From contig DATKTJ010000117.1 of NCBI GenBank assembly GCA_035531235.1, positions 44,085 to 108,084 on the forward strand: a stretch of DNA of 64,000 nt, given 5' to 3'. This DNA comes from Halothiobacillus sp. Its GTDB lineage: Bacteria > Pseudomonadota > Gammaproteobacteria > Halothiobacillales > Halothiobacillaceae. Positions 40,672 to 50,569 of the stretch are shown here, piece by piece. Under the pieces are notes generated by a model, which was not told the origin of the DNA, did no database searches, and saw nothing but the letters and a program-made list of their open reading frames with translations. Every line of letters starts with the position of its first letter. Position 1 is the first letter of the stretch. The position numbers were made by a program, and so were the translations under genes.

Positions 40672-41528
40672 GACGTGGTTCCTTCGAGCGGGATCGGGAT
40701 GGCAAGTGGGGTCATAGCGGGTGGACTCAGGTAGAACCGCAGAAAATGTGTGACGAGTTTAGCAACCGCTTCACGCTCGTAATCAAGCGTAACCATATGG
40801 TAACTATTGGCCAATTTGACCAGTTGGACATGGTGGCTGCTCACCTTGCGCTGGACTTCATAGGCACTGCGGATATGGGCAATGTCATCTTCCAGGGCAT
40901 GAATGATCAGAACCGGCGCCACGATCTGTTTCAAATGGTGCCGGGTATGACTCATCAGGCGTGCGGCTTCGTGCAGGGCCGGCAAGGAGAGTGCCGAGGC
41001 ACCGACGGCCGTGATGGGCTCTGCGGCGACCTGTCGCTCGATCCATTCACGCAGACGGGTGTTCTTCAAGCCGAAGGGGGAAGATTCCCGGATGACCATG
41101 CGATGCCGCAGTGGCGTGAAGTAGCCCAGCGGGCTCAGAAAGCGGTACCAGGGAGTGTTCCAACCGTCGTAATGCAGGGTTGTTGATAACGGAATGACCG
41201 CCGCGACCCGATCGCCGCGTTCGGCCGCGACCGCAAGCGCCATTGTGGCACCCATGCTCAGTCCACATACGGCGACCTGAGGATATTGATCTGCGAGACG
41301 ATCGAAGCATGCGACGGCCTGGGAAAGCCAGTCCTGCCAATCGCCAACCGCAGGATCAGCGGCAAAACCATAACCGACAAGCTGGGGGGCATCGACCGTG
41401 AATCCGGCGCCATGCAGCACCTTGAGTAACGGCTGAAGCTCCAAGGGTGTACTTCTGAGGCCGGAAAAAACCAGTACGGCAAAGTCATTGCCAGCGAAAA
41501 ATTTGCCAAGGGCGGGGGGCGTTGTCAT
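40668..41528 (-). CDS. Alpha/beta hydrolase (carboxylesterase/thioesterase-like)
   Basis: GLSMG nucleophile elbow, HALEDD (Asp), NSYHMVTLD (His); stop overlaps the ACP ATG. Confidence 0.9.
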   Translation of the reverse strand: MTTPPALGKFFAGNDFAVLVFSGLRSTPLELQPLLKVLHGAGFTVDAPQLVGYGFAADPAVGDWQDWLSQAVACFDRLADQYPQVAVCGLSMGATMALAVAAERGDRVAAVIPLSTTLHYDGWNTPWYRFLSPLGYFTPLRHRMVIRESSPFGLKNTRLREWIERQVAAEPITAVGASALSLPALHEAARLMSHTRHHLKQIVAPVLIIHALEDDIAHIRSAYEVQRKVSSHHVQLVKLANSYHMVTLDYEREAVAKLVTHFLRFYLSPPAMTPLAIPIPLEGTTS

Positions 41529-41863
41529 GTCGTGGCTAGGATCTTTAATTCTACGTGAAGTGGCGCGGTGTTTGTGGCGTGGGGCGGCAGTTAAACGTTC
41601 TGTGTAAACGCACTGTGTTAAGCGTCAATTGTATCTGAAGTAAATTATTTGCCTATCTTGATTTAGAGATGAGACAGATGGAGGCGCAATTAGTTTTACT
41701 GCATTGCATGAAAAAATCCTGAATAGGTAAATGGGCCTTTTTTAACGCTCGGTTGATGAGGCGACTCAGGTAATCGATTGGCGGGATGATGGGGTGTCGG
41801 CCGAACACCCCGAGGGCGTAACTCATTTTTGGTTGGTGGCGGGTGTCAATACCTGTGGGCTTG

Positions 41864-44800
41864 TTATGCCGTCCCGCTTTCGTTTTTCATTTCACGTTGG
41901 GCATGTTTCGCCAACCAGGCAATCAGGTTTTGGTTGGCAACCCGGTTTTCCTGCGAGCCATGTATTGCCTGGTGCCACCGTGCGGCTTCGCCCTGCGCAT
42001 GGCCCTGTGCGGTTAGAAACTGATTGAGCGGGCAGTCGTCCAGTTTCAGCGGGTGAGTCTTGTGGCCGGTGTGTATCAGCCACCAGTGGTAGGCCAGTGC
42101 CCCCAGGAATGTTCTTAAACCCGTATCGGCCGGGCGTGGTGGGCATCGCTGAAGCCAGGGGAGGATTTCCTCGGGCGGCATCGGGTGCGCAAGCGCGAAG
42201 CCCTGTCCGAAATGGGCGCCCAGAACAGATACGGCTTCGATGACGCCGGCATCTTCCAGTCCCTCGACGATGACTGTCTGGTCGAAATCATTGCCCATCT
42301 GGATGATGGCCGCGATCAGACTCATGGTTTGTACGGGGTTAGTCCGAATTTCGGCCACGAGGCTCTGGTCGATCTTGATGATGTTGAATGGCAGGGAGGC
42401 CAGACGGTGAAGGCTGCTATATCCCGAACCCAGATCGTCCATGGCCAGGGGAACACCCAATGCGACCAGTTTCTGGATGGCTGAGTCTTGGACGTATTGG
42501 TCGATCCCCTGGGTTTCCAGAATTTCCAGGGTCAACCGGGCGGGCTGGATGCCATGTTTGCTCAGGGCCGTTTCGATCCAGTGGCAGCAGTTCGGGTCGA
42601 GCAGGGTGCCGGGCGACAGATTGACGGACAGCCCCAGTTCGACACCCGCCTGATCCCAATGCGACAACCAGGGAAGGGCTTGATCCAGGACCAGACAGAA
42701 CAATCGGTCGAGTTCAGTATCTCCCAACAGAGGCAAAAACTCACCGGGTGGGATTATCGTCCCATCCGGGCGTTTCAATCGGGCGAGCGCTTCGACCTTG
42801 ATTAGGGCGCCAGTGCGCAAATCAACAATTGGTTGCATGTGGACACAAAGTCCACCGGAGAACAGTTCCTCGCGGTAGTTCTGCGACAATTGCTGACTGA
42901 TGACGGGGCCAGGGTTATTGCACAGAAGCCAGGCCTGGCTCAAACGCAATTGCAGATTGCGGACAAATTGCTGCATCCAGACCGTTTCGAATTGATTCGG
43001 GTACTGCCCATACAGACTGAGTGCCGCGTTCAATCGCCCGTTGCCGCTCATGATGGGTAGGGACAAGGTCGAGGTGATGTTCAGCTCCCGCGCCAATTCG
43101 TGCCATTCGGCATAGCGGTCATCCTGCAATATATTGGGCGTGCTCTGGATGTTCAACGTCCGCCAAGCAAGGGAGGTCAAACTACGGCCACGTGGGGTCA
43201 CCGGATCGGTGTTGATCTGGCGTCCTGGTGCGCTTACAGCGGATGCAAGCAGACTGCCTTTGTGACCGGCGCTGCTCTCGACTGTAAAAACGCCTTCGGT
43301 GTCCGGCCGCATCAGCAGAACGGCTTGAATGCCCGGTAGTGTGCCCAGTCGTTCGATTTCCTGCACTTTGACATCGGCCCACAGGCTTCCTGCCACGGGC
43401 AATGGATGGGTCAGCAGGTCGAAGTGATCCTGGATCGTGGTGCCGCCCGCCTGCAACTGGGCCAGAATGTCGTCCTGGATACGCGCCTCACTGGCCACGA
43501 GAATGTGATAACGCTCCCGGCCATTCAGCGGCGATTGATTCAGATAGTCATTGAGCAGCTTGCGGTACAGGTTCATCGATTGCATGAGCAAGGGGCTGTT
43601 GACCCCGACAAGTGCGTGGGTTGCGCCAATGTGTTGGGCGCGCTCGGTGATCTGTTTCCGGGTTGTTTCCGGGTTAAGGAGAAAACAGAGGTGTTTTGAT
43701 TGAGTGGCGATCAGACGTGGAAAGGCGGATGCTTCGAGTGTGCCCAGTATTTTTTGCGCCACGGGGTTGTTGCCCAGCTCCGCATAGAATTTTCGTATAA
43801 AGGGCTCGGCCTGATCATGAAGATAGGTCGTGCATTGCACCATCAGTGCCTGGCTTTCCGGGGAGTAGGCATCGAAATAATGCTCCTTATCCTGGGGGAC
43901 AACCGCGTCATGAATGATTCGCCACCATTTCGTGCGCGTGGCCTTGTTCATTTTTGCGGTATAGAGCGCAGCATCTGCCTGTCGCAGCAAACCATCTCCC
44001 TGTTCGCCATCGGCAGGGTAGAAGGCGATCCCGATACTCATTCCGATCTTGGCATATTTTTGTGAGGCCACCTCGAACGGTGTCTCAACAGCTTGATGGA
44101 GGCGGTCCAGGGCGATTTCCAGCTGGGGTATGAGCCGGTCTTCCACGAGGTCCTCCAGCACGATCACGAATTCATCCCCGCCCAGCCGGGCCAGCAAATC
44201 CTGTTTGCGTAACCGGGACTGGAGCCGAGCGGCCAGTTCACGCAGCAGCGTGTCGCCGCCTTCGTGGCCGAAGTTGTCATTGACGGGCTTGAAGTCGTCA
44301 AGGTCCAGCATGCCGACCGCGACGACCGTACTATTGCGTTGGGCGCGTGCGATTGCGCGTGGCAAGTGCTGTTCGAGCGCCCTGCGATTCGGCAGGCCGG
44401 TCAAGGTGTCGTGTAAAGCCTGGTAGGCGATTTCCTGCTTGGCCTTGTGCAGGGCGGTGACGTCAATCAGGCTCCAGATCACGCCGGGTTGGCCGTTTGG
44501 TAGCGAGATGGCGGCGCCCAGGATTTCTACGTTCAGGATTGTCCCGTTCTTGTGGCGGATCGTATTTTCCTGATGGATTGTCCGAAAGGGCCCGCCCGGT
44601 GCCGCACTGAAATGGGTGGCGAAGTATTCGACGGCAGCATTTTCATCCTGAAGTATCGAGGCGTTGTTGCCGAAAAGCTCTTCTCGATCGTAGCCCGTGA
44701 GCAGACAAAGGGCGGGGTTGGCGTCGGTGATGGCTCCTTCGGCATCGACTGTGAGCAAGGCCGCTGCGTTGCTGTCGAACAATGCACGTTGATAGGCACT

Positions 44801-46651
44801 GGTCTTGGCGAGTTCCTTTTGCAAATTGTGGCGCTGGGTAATGTCCTGAATGGTCCAGACCGAGGTTGTGAGCTCTTCGTCCTGAATCATGCTGGCGGAG
44901 AGATCGCAAATGATGACCGAGCCGTCCTTACGGGCGAACCGGACGTCCGGGATCGTGAGTTTCCCTTGTGCCATGAGCGTGAGATAGCCCTGGCCAACCC
45001 GTTCATAATCTTCCTCGCTGGCATAGAGCAGGTGGGTTGATTGCCCCAGAAGCTCGTCTGGATGGGTATAGCCCAGCATGATCACGAATCGAGCCGTCAC
45101 CTGAACCATGTGGCGATCTCGAACCATGACGATTCCGGCGAGCGTATTGTCCAGCAAGGCTTGTTGCGTGGCCGTCAGCAAGGCCTCGCGCCGTTGGGTT
45201 TCGATCCAGTGCAGCCCGCGGGTGATGTCCTGGGCCAGATCTTCGAGCAGATGGCGCATCTCGTCTGAGAAGACCTGGGTTTCCGAATGGTAAGTTGCCA
45301 GAACAGCCCAACGGTTGCCGTTTTTCAGGATGGGAATCGTGGCGCTCGAATGAATGCCGAATTTCTCGGCCCGGGCCAGCCACGGCGTAAGGCCTGGTGT
45401 TTTTTTGAGCTCCTGTGCATAAACAGGATATTGCGATCGCCAGGCATGACCCACCGGACCTTGACCTTCCGGCAGATCGGGGTCACTGACGATTTTCAAG
45501 TCCTCGGTATACCCTGTCGCGCCTGCTGCGGCGAGAATCTGGAATAACCCGGTTTTATCGGGCTTGGCAATATAGGCCAATCGGAATCCGCCATACTTGA
45601 CGGCAAGTGCACAAATTTCCTCCATGAATCCGGTTTCATCCCTGCTGACGGCCATGGCTTGATTGACCTGGGCCAGCAAGGCATTGACATCCGCCAGATG
45701 CTTGAGATGTCGGGCATCTCGTTCGCGTTGGCGCAACAAGGTGTAGATGCTCCAGGCCGCCATGCTCAGTACCAAAAACATACCGAGGTACAAATCCAGC
45801 CTTTCACGTGCACTTTCTTGATAGCTTTGCAGGATCAGGTCCGCGGGTTCCTCAGTCTGTACGGCCAGCGGGTAGTCGGTCACGGGGATCAGGCCATGCG
45901 CCTCGGCAAGCGGCGCGTTATTGAAGCGTAACTGTCCGTTTTGATAGATGCCTAAAATACTGTGATCCCGACGGTCGATGACAGTGAATTGCCAGGCTTT
46001 GTCGTCGGTGGGGTAGTAAGCAAGCAGATCTTTGAGTCGATATATGAGGCTGACGTATAAAAGGGTCGTGCCATCCGCGCTTGTCTTTCGTAAACGCAGT
46101 GAGATGACGGGCACGTGATTCACGATGCGATCTGGTCCTAACAGATAATTCGGTTGAGCGGGGAGTGGCGTGAAATCGCCAATTGGGGATACGGGGATGT
46201 CAGCGTCAGGCTTGCTGGACCACAGCCGGGTCTGGCCATCGGCCGCATAGATATTGATAGCGTAGAGCTCGGGGTGCAGCGGTTCTAACTGTTTGAACAG
46301 GCGTAATGTCCGGGGTGCAGAGGTGCTGGACGGTGGGGTGTCGCTCAAGAGCGCGCCAATCAACGCCAATTCCTTGTAGGCATTGTTCAGCCGACCCTCG
46401 ATGCGATTGGCAAATAACCGCCCCGCATGCTCGCCTTCCAGGTTGATTTGGTGCTTCGTTGAATGGTACTGCGCGAACTCATTCCAGCAACCCCAACCGA
46501 TCAACATGAGCAAAGGCAGAATCAGCAACAGCCGGTAATAAATACCGGGCCATCGCTTGGCTTGATTGCTCATGATGTGGTGTAGGACATGGTGCTCATA
46601 CCGATCGGGGATGCTCGTGGGTTTAAATATGTTGGGGAAAACTATTCCCAA
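41864..46651 (-). CDS. Multisensor diguanylate cyclase/phosphodiesterase: TM-Cache-like-TM-GAF-PAS-PAS-GGDEF-globin-GAF-EAL-(CZB-like)
   Basis: HDTLTGLPNRR, RKQD..RLGGDEF, globin FY...Q...HIG.TH..VGV, KVEALARL, DDLGSGYSS, IKIDQ, VEGLE. Confidence 0.9.
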   Translation of the reverse strand: MGIVFPNIFKPTSIPDRYEHHVLHHIMSNQAKRWPGIYYRLLLILPLLMLIGWGCWNEFAQYHSTKHQINLEGEHAGRLFANRIEGRLNNAYKELALIGALLSDTPPSSTSAPRTLRLFKQLEPLHPELYAINIYAADGQTRLWSSKPDADIPVSPIGDFTPLPAQPNYLLGPDRIVNHVPVISLRLRKTSADGTTLLYVSLIYRLKDLLAYYPTDDKAWQFTVIDRRDHSILGIYQNGQLRFNNAPLAEAHGLIPVTDYPLAVQTEEPADLILQSYQESARERLDLYLGMFLVLSMAAWSIYTLLRQRERDARHLKHLADVNALLAQVNQAMAVSRDETGFMEEICALAVKYGGFRLAYIAKPDKTGLFQILAAAGATGYTEDLKIVSDPDLPEGQGPVGHAWRSQYPVYAQELKKTPGLTPWLARAEKFGIHSSATIPILKNGNRWAVLATYHSETQVFSDEMRHLLEDLAQDITRGLHWIETQRREALLTATQQALLDNTLAGIVMVRDRHMVQVTARFVIMLGYTHPDELLGQSTHLLYASEEDYERVGQGYLTLMAQGKLTIPDVRFARKDGSVIICDLSASMIQDEELTTSVWTIQDITQRHNLQKELAKTSAYQRALFDSNAAALLTVDAEGAITDANPALCLLTGYDREELFGNNASILQDENAAVEYFATHFSAAPGGPFRTIHQENTIRHKNGTILNVEILGAAISLPNGQPGVIWSLIDVTALHKAKQEIAYQALHDTLTGLPNRRALEQHLPRAIARAQRNSTVVAVGMLDLDDFKPVNDNFGHEGGDTLLRELAARLQSRLRKQDLLARLGGDEFVIVLEDLVEDRLIPQLEIALDRLHQAVETPFEVASQKYAKIGMSIGIAFYPADGEQGDGLLRQADAALYTAKMNKATRTKWWRIIHDAVVPQDKEHYFDAYSPESQALMVQCTTYLHDQAEPFIRKFYAELGNNPVAQKILGTLEASAFPRLIATQSKHLCFLLNPETTRKQITERAQHIGATHALVGVNSPLLMQSMNLYRKLLNDYLNQSPLNGRERYHILVASEARIQDDILAQLQAGGTTIQDHFDLLTHPLPVAGSLWADVKVQEIERLGTLPGIQAVLLMRPDTEGVFTVESSAGHKGSLLASAVSAPGRQINTDPVTPRGRSLTSLAWRTLNIQSTPNILQDDRYAEWHELARELNITSTLSLPIMSGNGRLNAALSLYGQYPNQFETVWMQQFVRNLQLRLSQAWLLCNNPGPVISQQLSQNYREELFSGGLCVHMQPIVDLRTGALIKVEALARLKRPDGTIIPPGEFLPLLGDTELDRLFCLVLDQALPWLSHWDQAGVELGLSVNLSPGTLLDPNCCHWIETALSKHGIQPARLTLEILETQGIDQYVQDSAIQKLVALGVPLAMDDLGSGYSSLHRLASLPFNIIKIDQSLVAEIRTNPVQTMSLIAAIIQMGNDFDQTVIVEGLEDAGVIEAVSVLGAHFGQGFALAHPMPPEEILPWLQRCPPRPADTGLRTFLGALAYHWWLIHTGHKTHPLKLDDCPLNQFLTAQGHAQGEAARWHQAIHGSQENRVANQNLIAWLAKHAQREMKNESGTA

Positions 46652-46842
46652 TTATAACGCAGCATTTCGTGGGGCGTAGATGGCGCGTGAAATTCACCGA
46701 CGTTCCGGAGTTTTGAAACAAAACCGGACACAGGGGAGGGTGAAGGCTGTGCTACATCCTGTACTTAAACTCAGAATCGCAAGGTGCCCACATCCTGCTA
46801 GAATGAGGCAAATCGCATCACCCACAGGAAGAGGTACGCAGG

Positions 46843-47184
46843 ATGGCACTTGGCGGCGGCATGATTCACCACAACATCCCGGACAAGGAGACGTTGTATC
46901 GTTCTTATATGCCGTTTATCAAGAATGGCGGTTTGTTCATTCCGGGGCACCTGCACCACGATATGGGCAAAGAGTTGTTTTTGACCCTGACCATGATGGG
47001 TAACCCAGAGCGTATAGCCTTAGCCGTTAAGGTGGTATGGCAAACCCCCGAAGGGTCGCAGGGCGCGAAAACTGCCGGGATCGGTGTGCAATTCAGCCCG
47101 ATGGATAAGGGCCAGACCCGCGCCAAGATCGAGGCTTATCTCGCCGGTGCGCTCGAAAAGGATACGCCGACGGCAACCATGTGA
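46843..47184 (+). CDS. pilZ: Type IV pilus assembly PilZ
   Basis: LY.SYMPFIKNGGLFIP, KVVWQTP, GIGVQF, terminal T.TM. Confidence 0.94.
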   Translation: MALGGGMIHHNIPDKETLYRSYMPFIKNGGLFIPGHLHHDMGKELFLTLTMMGNPERIALAVKVVWQTPEGSQGAKTAGIGVQFSPMDKGQTRAKIEAYLAGALEKDTPTATM

Positions 47185-47312
47185 GCGGCGGACTGTCTCA
47201 GCAGAGACCTGACGGGCGCCATGCCCGCTGGAGACCGTCTTGGTCATCCCGTTCCCGATTTATCCGGGCAGAATATTCACTGCCTGATTTTTAACCGTTA
47301 CCCGAAGCCACC

Positions 47313-48884
47313 ATGCCCCATACCCGATCGACCCACTACCTGATCCTCGCACTCGCGGTCTTTATCGGTTTCTACTGGCAAATTGGTAGCATCCCCCTGT
47401 TCGATCTCGATGAAGGTGCATTTACCTCGGCCACCCGCGAGATGTTTCTGCGCCATGATTTCATTACCCCTTACCTCAATACCGTGCCACGGTTTGACAA
47501 ACCGATCCTGATCTATTGGCTACAGGCCGCTTCGGCTATGGTGTTCGGCTTTAACGAGTGGGCGTTCCGCCTGCCCTCGGCTCTGGCCTCGACGGCCTGG
47601 GTCTTCATGATTTACCGATTCGGCCAATTGGTGCTTGATCGGGAAAAGGCTTTTTATGCCGCGTTGATTGCGGCAACGGCCCTGATGACGACCATTATCG
47701 GCAAGGCGGCGATTGCCGATGCGGTACTGATGTTGTTCATGACGGCGTCAATGTTTGCCATCTTCCGGCATTGGCAGACGAACCGGGCTGGGTATATTCG
47801 CTGGGCCTACCTTGCCATGGCATTGGGCTTTCTCACCAAGGGACCGGTGGCGGTGGTGATTCCGGCCGTGGTCAGTCTGATGTTCTATCTGTCGACCGGG
47901 CGCGGGGCGGCCTGGTGGCGGGCGGTTCTGGACTGGCGGGGCATCCTTTTGTTTCTGGCCGTGGCCTTGCCCTGGTATCTGTTGGAATACGCCCGGGAGG
48001 GGCAGGCTTTCGTTGATGGATTTTTCTTCAAGAACAATGTGGGGCGTTTCAATGCACCCATGGAAGGCCATTCCGCCGGTTTCTGGTATTACCCGGTCGT
48101 GACCTTGATTGCGCTCTTGCCCTATACCGGGCTGGTATTCCGCGCGCTGGCAGGATTGGTCGCGGATGTGCGGGGTGGTGATTGGCGTTTGCGGCCGACG
48201 AGGGAACTGTCGCCGGAACAGGCGCTCAAACGGTTCGGTTGGCTGTGGTTCGGCTTTGTGTTGCTGCTGTTTTCCTTTTCCGGAACCAAGTTGCCGCACT
48301 ATTTGAACTATGGTCTGGTTGGATTGATTCTGATCATGGCGACGTATTTCCCCACGATTCGGAATCGGTGGCTGCATCTGTTGCCGGTGTGGGGGATGTT
48401 GCTGATATTACTGGTATTGCCGGTGGCGCTTGATCTGTTTTTCGATCGTATTCGGCCGGCCTACGTTCAGGCGATGCTGGTTGATCGAAATCAGTATTTT
48501 GGACCGAGCTGGTATCTGGTGCTGGGCGTGATTCTGGGGTTGTCGGCGTTAGCCGCCTTCAAAAGGTCCTGGGCGTTACCGGCCGTACTCATGCCCGTGG
48601 CCTTGTCCTTTTCGCTGGTCATCAATGGGCAGCTTTTGCCGATCGTGGATGCGCTGCAGCAGGGGCCGATCAAGACGGCTGGTTTGCTGGCGCGTGATTT
48701 GCCCGGCACGGCAGTCATGTATCGCATGAACACACCAAGCTTCGGGGTCTACGCGGGCAAGATTCTGGCAAGACATGCCCCCGAGCCGGGCGATCTTGTG
48801 TTGACGCGGGAAGTCTATGCCCACGATCTTGATGCGCGAGTACTCTTTGCTCAAGGTGGTGTGGTGCTGCTGCGCATGCGCTAG
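47313..48884 (+). CDS. ArnT-like polyprenyl-phospho-sugar glycosyltransferase
   Basis: DLDEGAF..ATREM, RFDKPIL.YW, RLPSA, LTKGP, TKLPHY; multi-pass membrane protein. Confidence 0.88.
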   Translation: MPHTRSTHYLILALAVFIGFYWQIGSIPLFDLDEGAFTSATREMFLRHDFITPYLNTVPRFDKPILIYWLQAASAMVFGFNEWAFRLPSALASTAWVFMIYRFGQLVLDREKAFYAALIAATALMTTIIGKAAIADAVLMLFMTASMFAIFRHWQTNRAGYIRWAYLAMALGFLTKGPVAVVIPAVVSLMFYLSTGRGAAWWRAVLDWRGILLFLAVALPWYLLEYAREGQAFVDGFFFKNNVGRFNAPMEGHSAGFWYYPVVTLIALLPYTGLVFRALAGLVADVRGGDWRLRPTRELSPEQALKRFGWLWFGFVLLLFSFSGTKLPHYLNYGLVGLILIMATYFPTIRNRWLHLLPVWGMLLILLVLPVALDLFFDRIRPAYVQAMLVDRNQYFGPSWYLVLGVILGLSALAAFKRSWALPAVLMPVALSFSLVINGQLLPIVDALQQGPIKTAGLLARDLPGTAVMYRMNTPSFGVYAGKILARHAPEPGDLVLTREVYAHDLDARVLFAQGGVVLLRMR

Positions 48885-48923
48885 ACTCACTTTCATACAA
48901 CAAATATTTCTGTAACAGGAGTA

Positions 48924-49412
48924 ATGACGATGTCTGACTTTTTGAAAAACCGCCGCAATTTCATGACGGCTGTGGCGGGCGCCGGCGGAGCGGCCTTGGG
49001 TATCCAAACGGCGCAGGCAGCAGATGAACTACGTTTCCCCGGCGACAAGCCCAAGCATCATGTTGTCTACCAGATCAACAAAAATGATCCGGAATATCAG
49101 ACCCACATCCTGAACTCCATGAGTGCCATGATCACCGAATTCGGCGGCAACGTGCAGATTGCCGTCGTGGCCTTTGCCGCCGGGATTCACTTGCTGGCAA
49201 AATCGCCGCAAAAAACAGTCAACCCATTGATTTATGAGCGCGTTAAGGGGTTCTCTGACAACTATGGCGTCGTTTGGGATGCCTGCGGCAATACCATGCA
49301 TACCGTGGGCTACAGCGATACAGACATGCGCTCGTTTGCAAAGATTCGCCAAGTGGGCGCTGCGGCGCTTATGGAGTACCAGGAGCAGGGTTACGCCTAT
49401 ATCGCTTGGTAA
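48924..49412 (+). CDS. Tat-exported DsrE/DsrF-like protein
   Basis: RRNFM Tat signal, VVYQIN, VVAF..G, ACGNTM, L.E.QEQGYAYI. Confidence 0.8.
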   Translation: MTMSDFLKNRRNFMTAVAGAGGAALGIQTAQAADELRFPGDKPKHHVVYQINKNDPEYQTHILNSMSAMITEFGGNVQIAVVAFAAGIHLLAKSPQKTVNPLIYERVKGFSDNYGVVWDACGNTMHTVGYSDTDMRSFAKIRQVGAAALMEYQEQGYAYIAW

Positions 49413-49528
49413 TCTTCCCTGGAGATGGCCGGCTTGTCGGTAATTCCTTGACTTAGGTCCTTGTTGATTTGATTGGGCGGCGCAGTGATTCTGTTTGCCG
49501 CCCGTATTTTTTGGTTTACGGTATGCCC

Positions 49529-50569
49529 ATGAATGAACTCATTATCCGCCAGTCCGATGACTGGCACGTCCATCTGCGCGATGGCGACATGTTGGCCGCC
49601 GCCGCCCCGTTTACGGCGCGACAGTGTGGCCGAGCCATTGCTATGCCCAATCTGGTTCCGCCCGTGGTCACGGTCGACGAAGCGCTTGCATACCGGCAGC
49701 GAATTCTCGCGGCCGTACCTACGGATTCGGGGTTCGAGCCGCTGATGACCCTGTATCTCACGGAGCAGACCACGGTGGCCGAGTTGGCGCGTGCGGCGGA
49801 AAATCCGTATATCCATGCGGTCAAACTCTATCCGGCGGGCGCGACAACAAATTCCGATCGGGGCGTGCGTGATCCATTGGCCATCGATCACCTGCTGGCC
49901 GAACTGGCGCGCACGGGTTTGCCGCTGCTGGTGCACGGCGAGGTGGTCGACCCCCAAGTGGATATATTCGATCGGGAAGCGCGTTTCATCGAACAGGTTC
50001 TGGTGCCGATTCGTCAGCGTTTTCCGAATCTGCGTCTGGTGATGGAGCACATCACTACCGAAGATGCCGTGGCTTTCGTTCGTGCTCAGGACGGCCCGGT
50101 CGGGGCAACCATCACGGCCCATCATCTGCTGTATAACCGCAATGCCATGTTGGTGGGTGGGATTCGACCGCATTATTACTGCCTGCCGGTACTGAAACGC
50201 GAACGTCATCGGCAAGCACTGTTGGCGGCGGCAACGTCCGGGGACCCCCGGTTTTTCATGGGCACCGATTCCGCACCCCATACTCAAGGCGCCAAGGAAT
50301 CCGCTTGCGGCTGTGCGGGGGCCTTTACGGCTCATGCCGCCCTGGAGCTGTATGCCGAAGCGTTTGATCAGGCAGGGAAACTGGATATGCTTGAAGCGTT
50401 CACGAGTGTGAATGGGCCGAACTTTTATGGTTTGCCGCTTAATGAAGTCCGAGTGCGACTGATTCGCCACCCCCAGTCGGTACCCGACTATTTCGAGGTG
50501 GGCGCAGCGGAGCGGCTGATACCCCTGCGCGCAGGCGAAACGCTGAGTTGGCAGGCGGTGCGTCTATGA
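49529..50569 (+). CDS. pyrC: Dihydroorotase
   Basis: DDWHVHLRD, MPNL.PP, KLYPAGATTNS, EHITT, GTDSAPH. Confidence 0.97.
   Translation: MNELIIRQSDDWHVHLRDGDMLAAAAPFTARQCGRAIAMPNLVPPVVTVDEALAYRQRILAAVPTDSGFEPLMTLYLTEQTTVAELARAAENPYIHAVKLYPAGATTNSDRGVRDPLAIDHLLAELARTGLPLLVHGEVVDPQVDIFDREARFIEQVLVPIRQRFPNLRLVMEHITTEDAVAFVRAQDGPVGATITAHHLLYNRNAMLVGGIRPHYYCLPVLKRERHRQALLAAATSGDPRFFMGTDSAPHTQGAKESACGCAGAFTAHAALELYAEAFDQAGKLDMLEAFTSVNGPNFYGLPLNEVRVRLIRHPQSVPDYFEVGAAERLIPLRAGETLSWQAVRL

Noticed and set aside
41791-41811. GGGGTGT/ACACCCC hairpin as terminator of the 1595-aa gene
   Set aside because: No U tract on either strand, so it cannot be called as an intrinsic terminator.
29694-46651. Accessory block as a tRNA-integrated genomic island
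   Set aside because: It lies on the promoter side of the tRNA operon, with no integrase, transposase or duplicated tRNA 3' end visible. Horizontal origin remains possible but is unsupported here.
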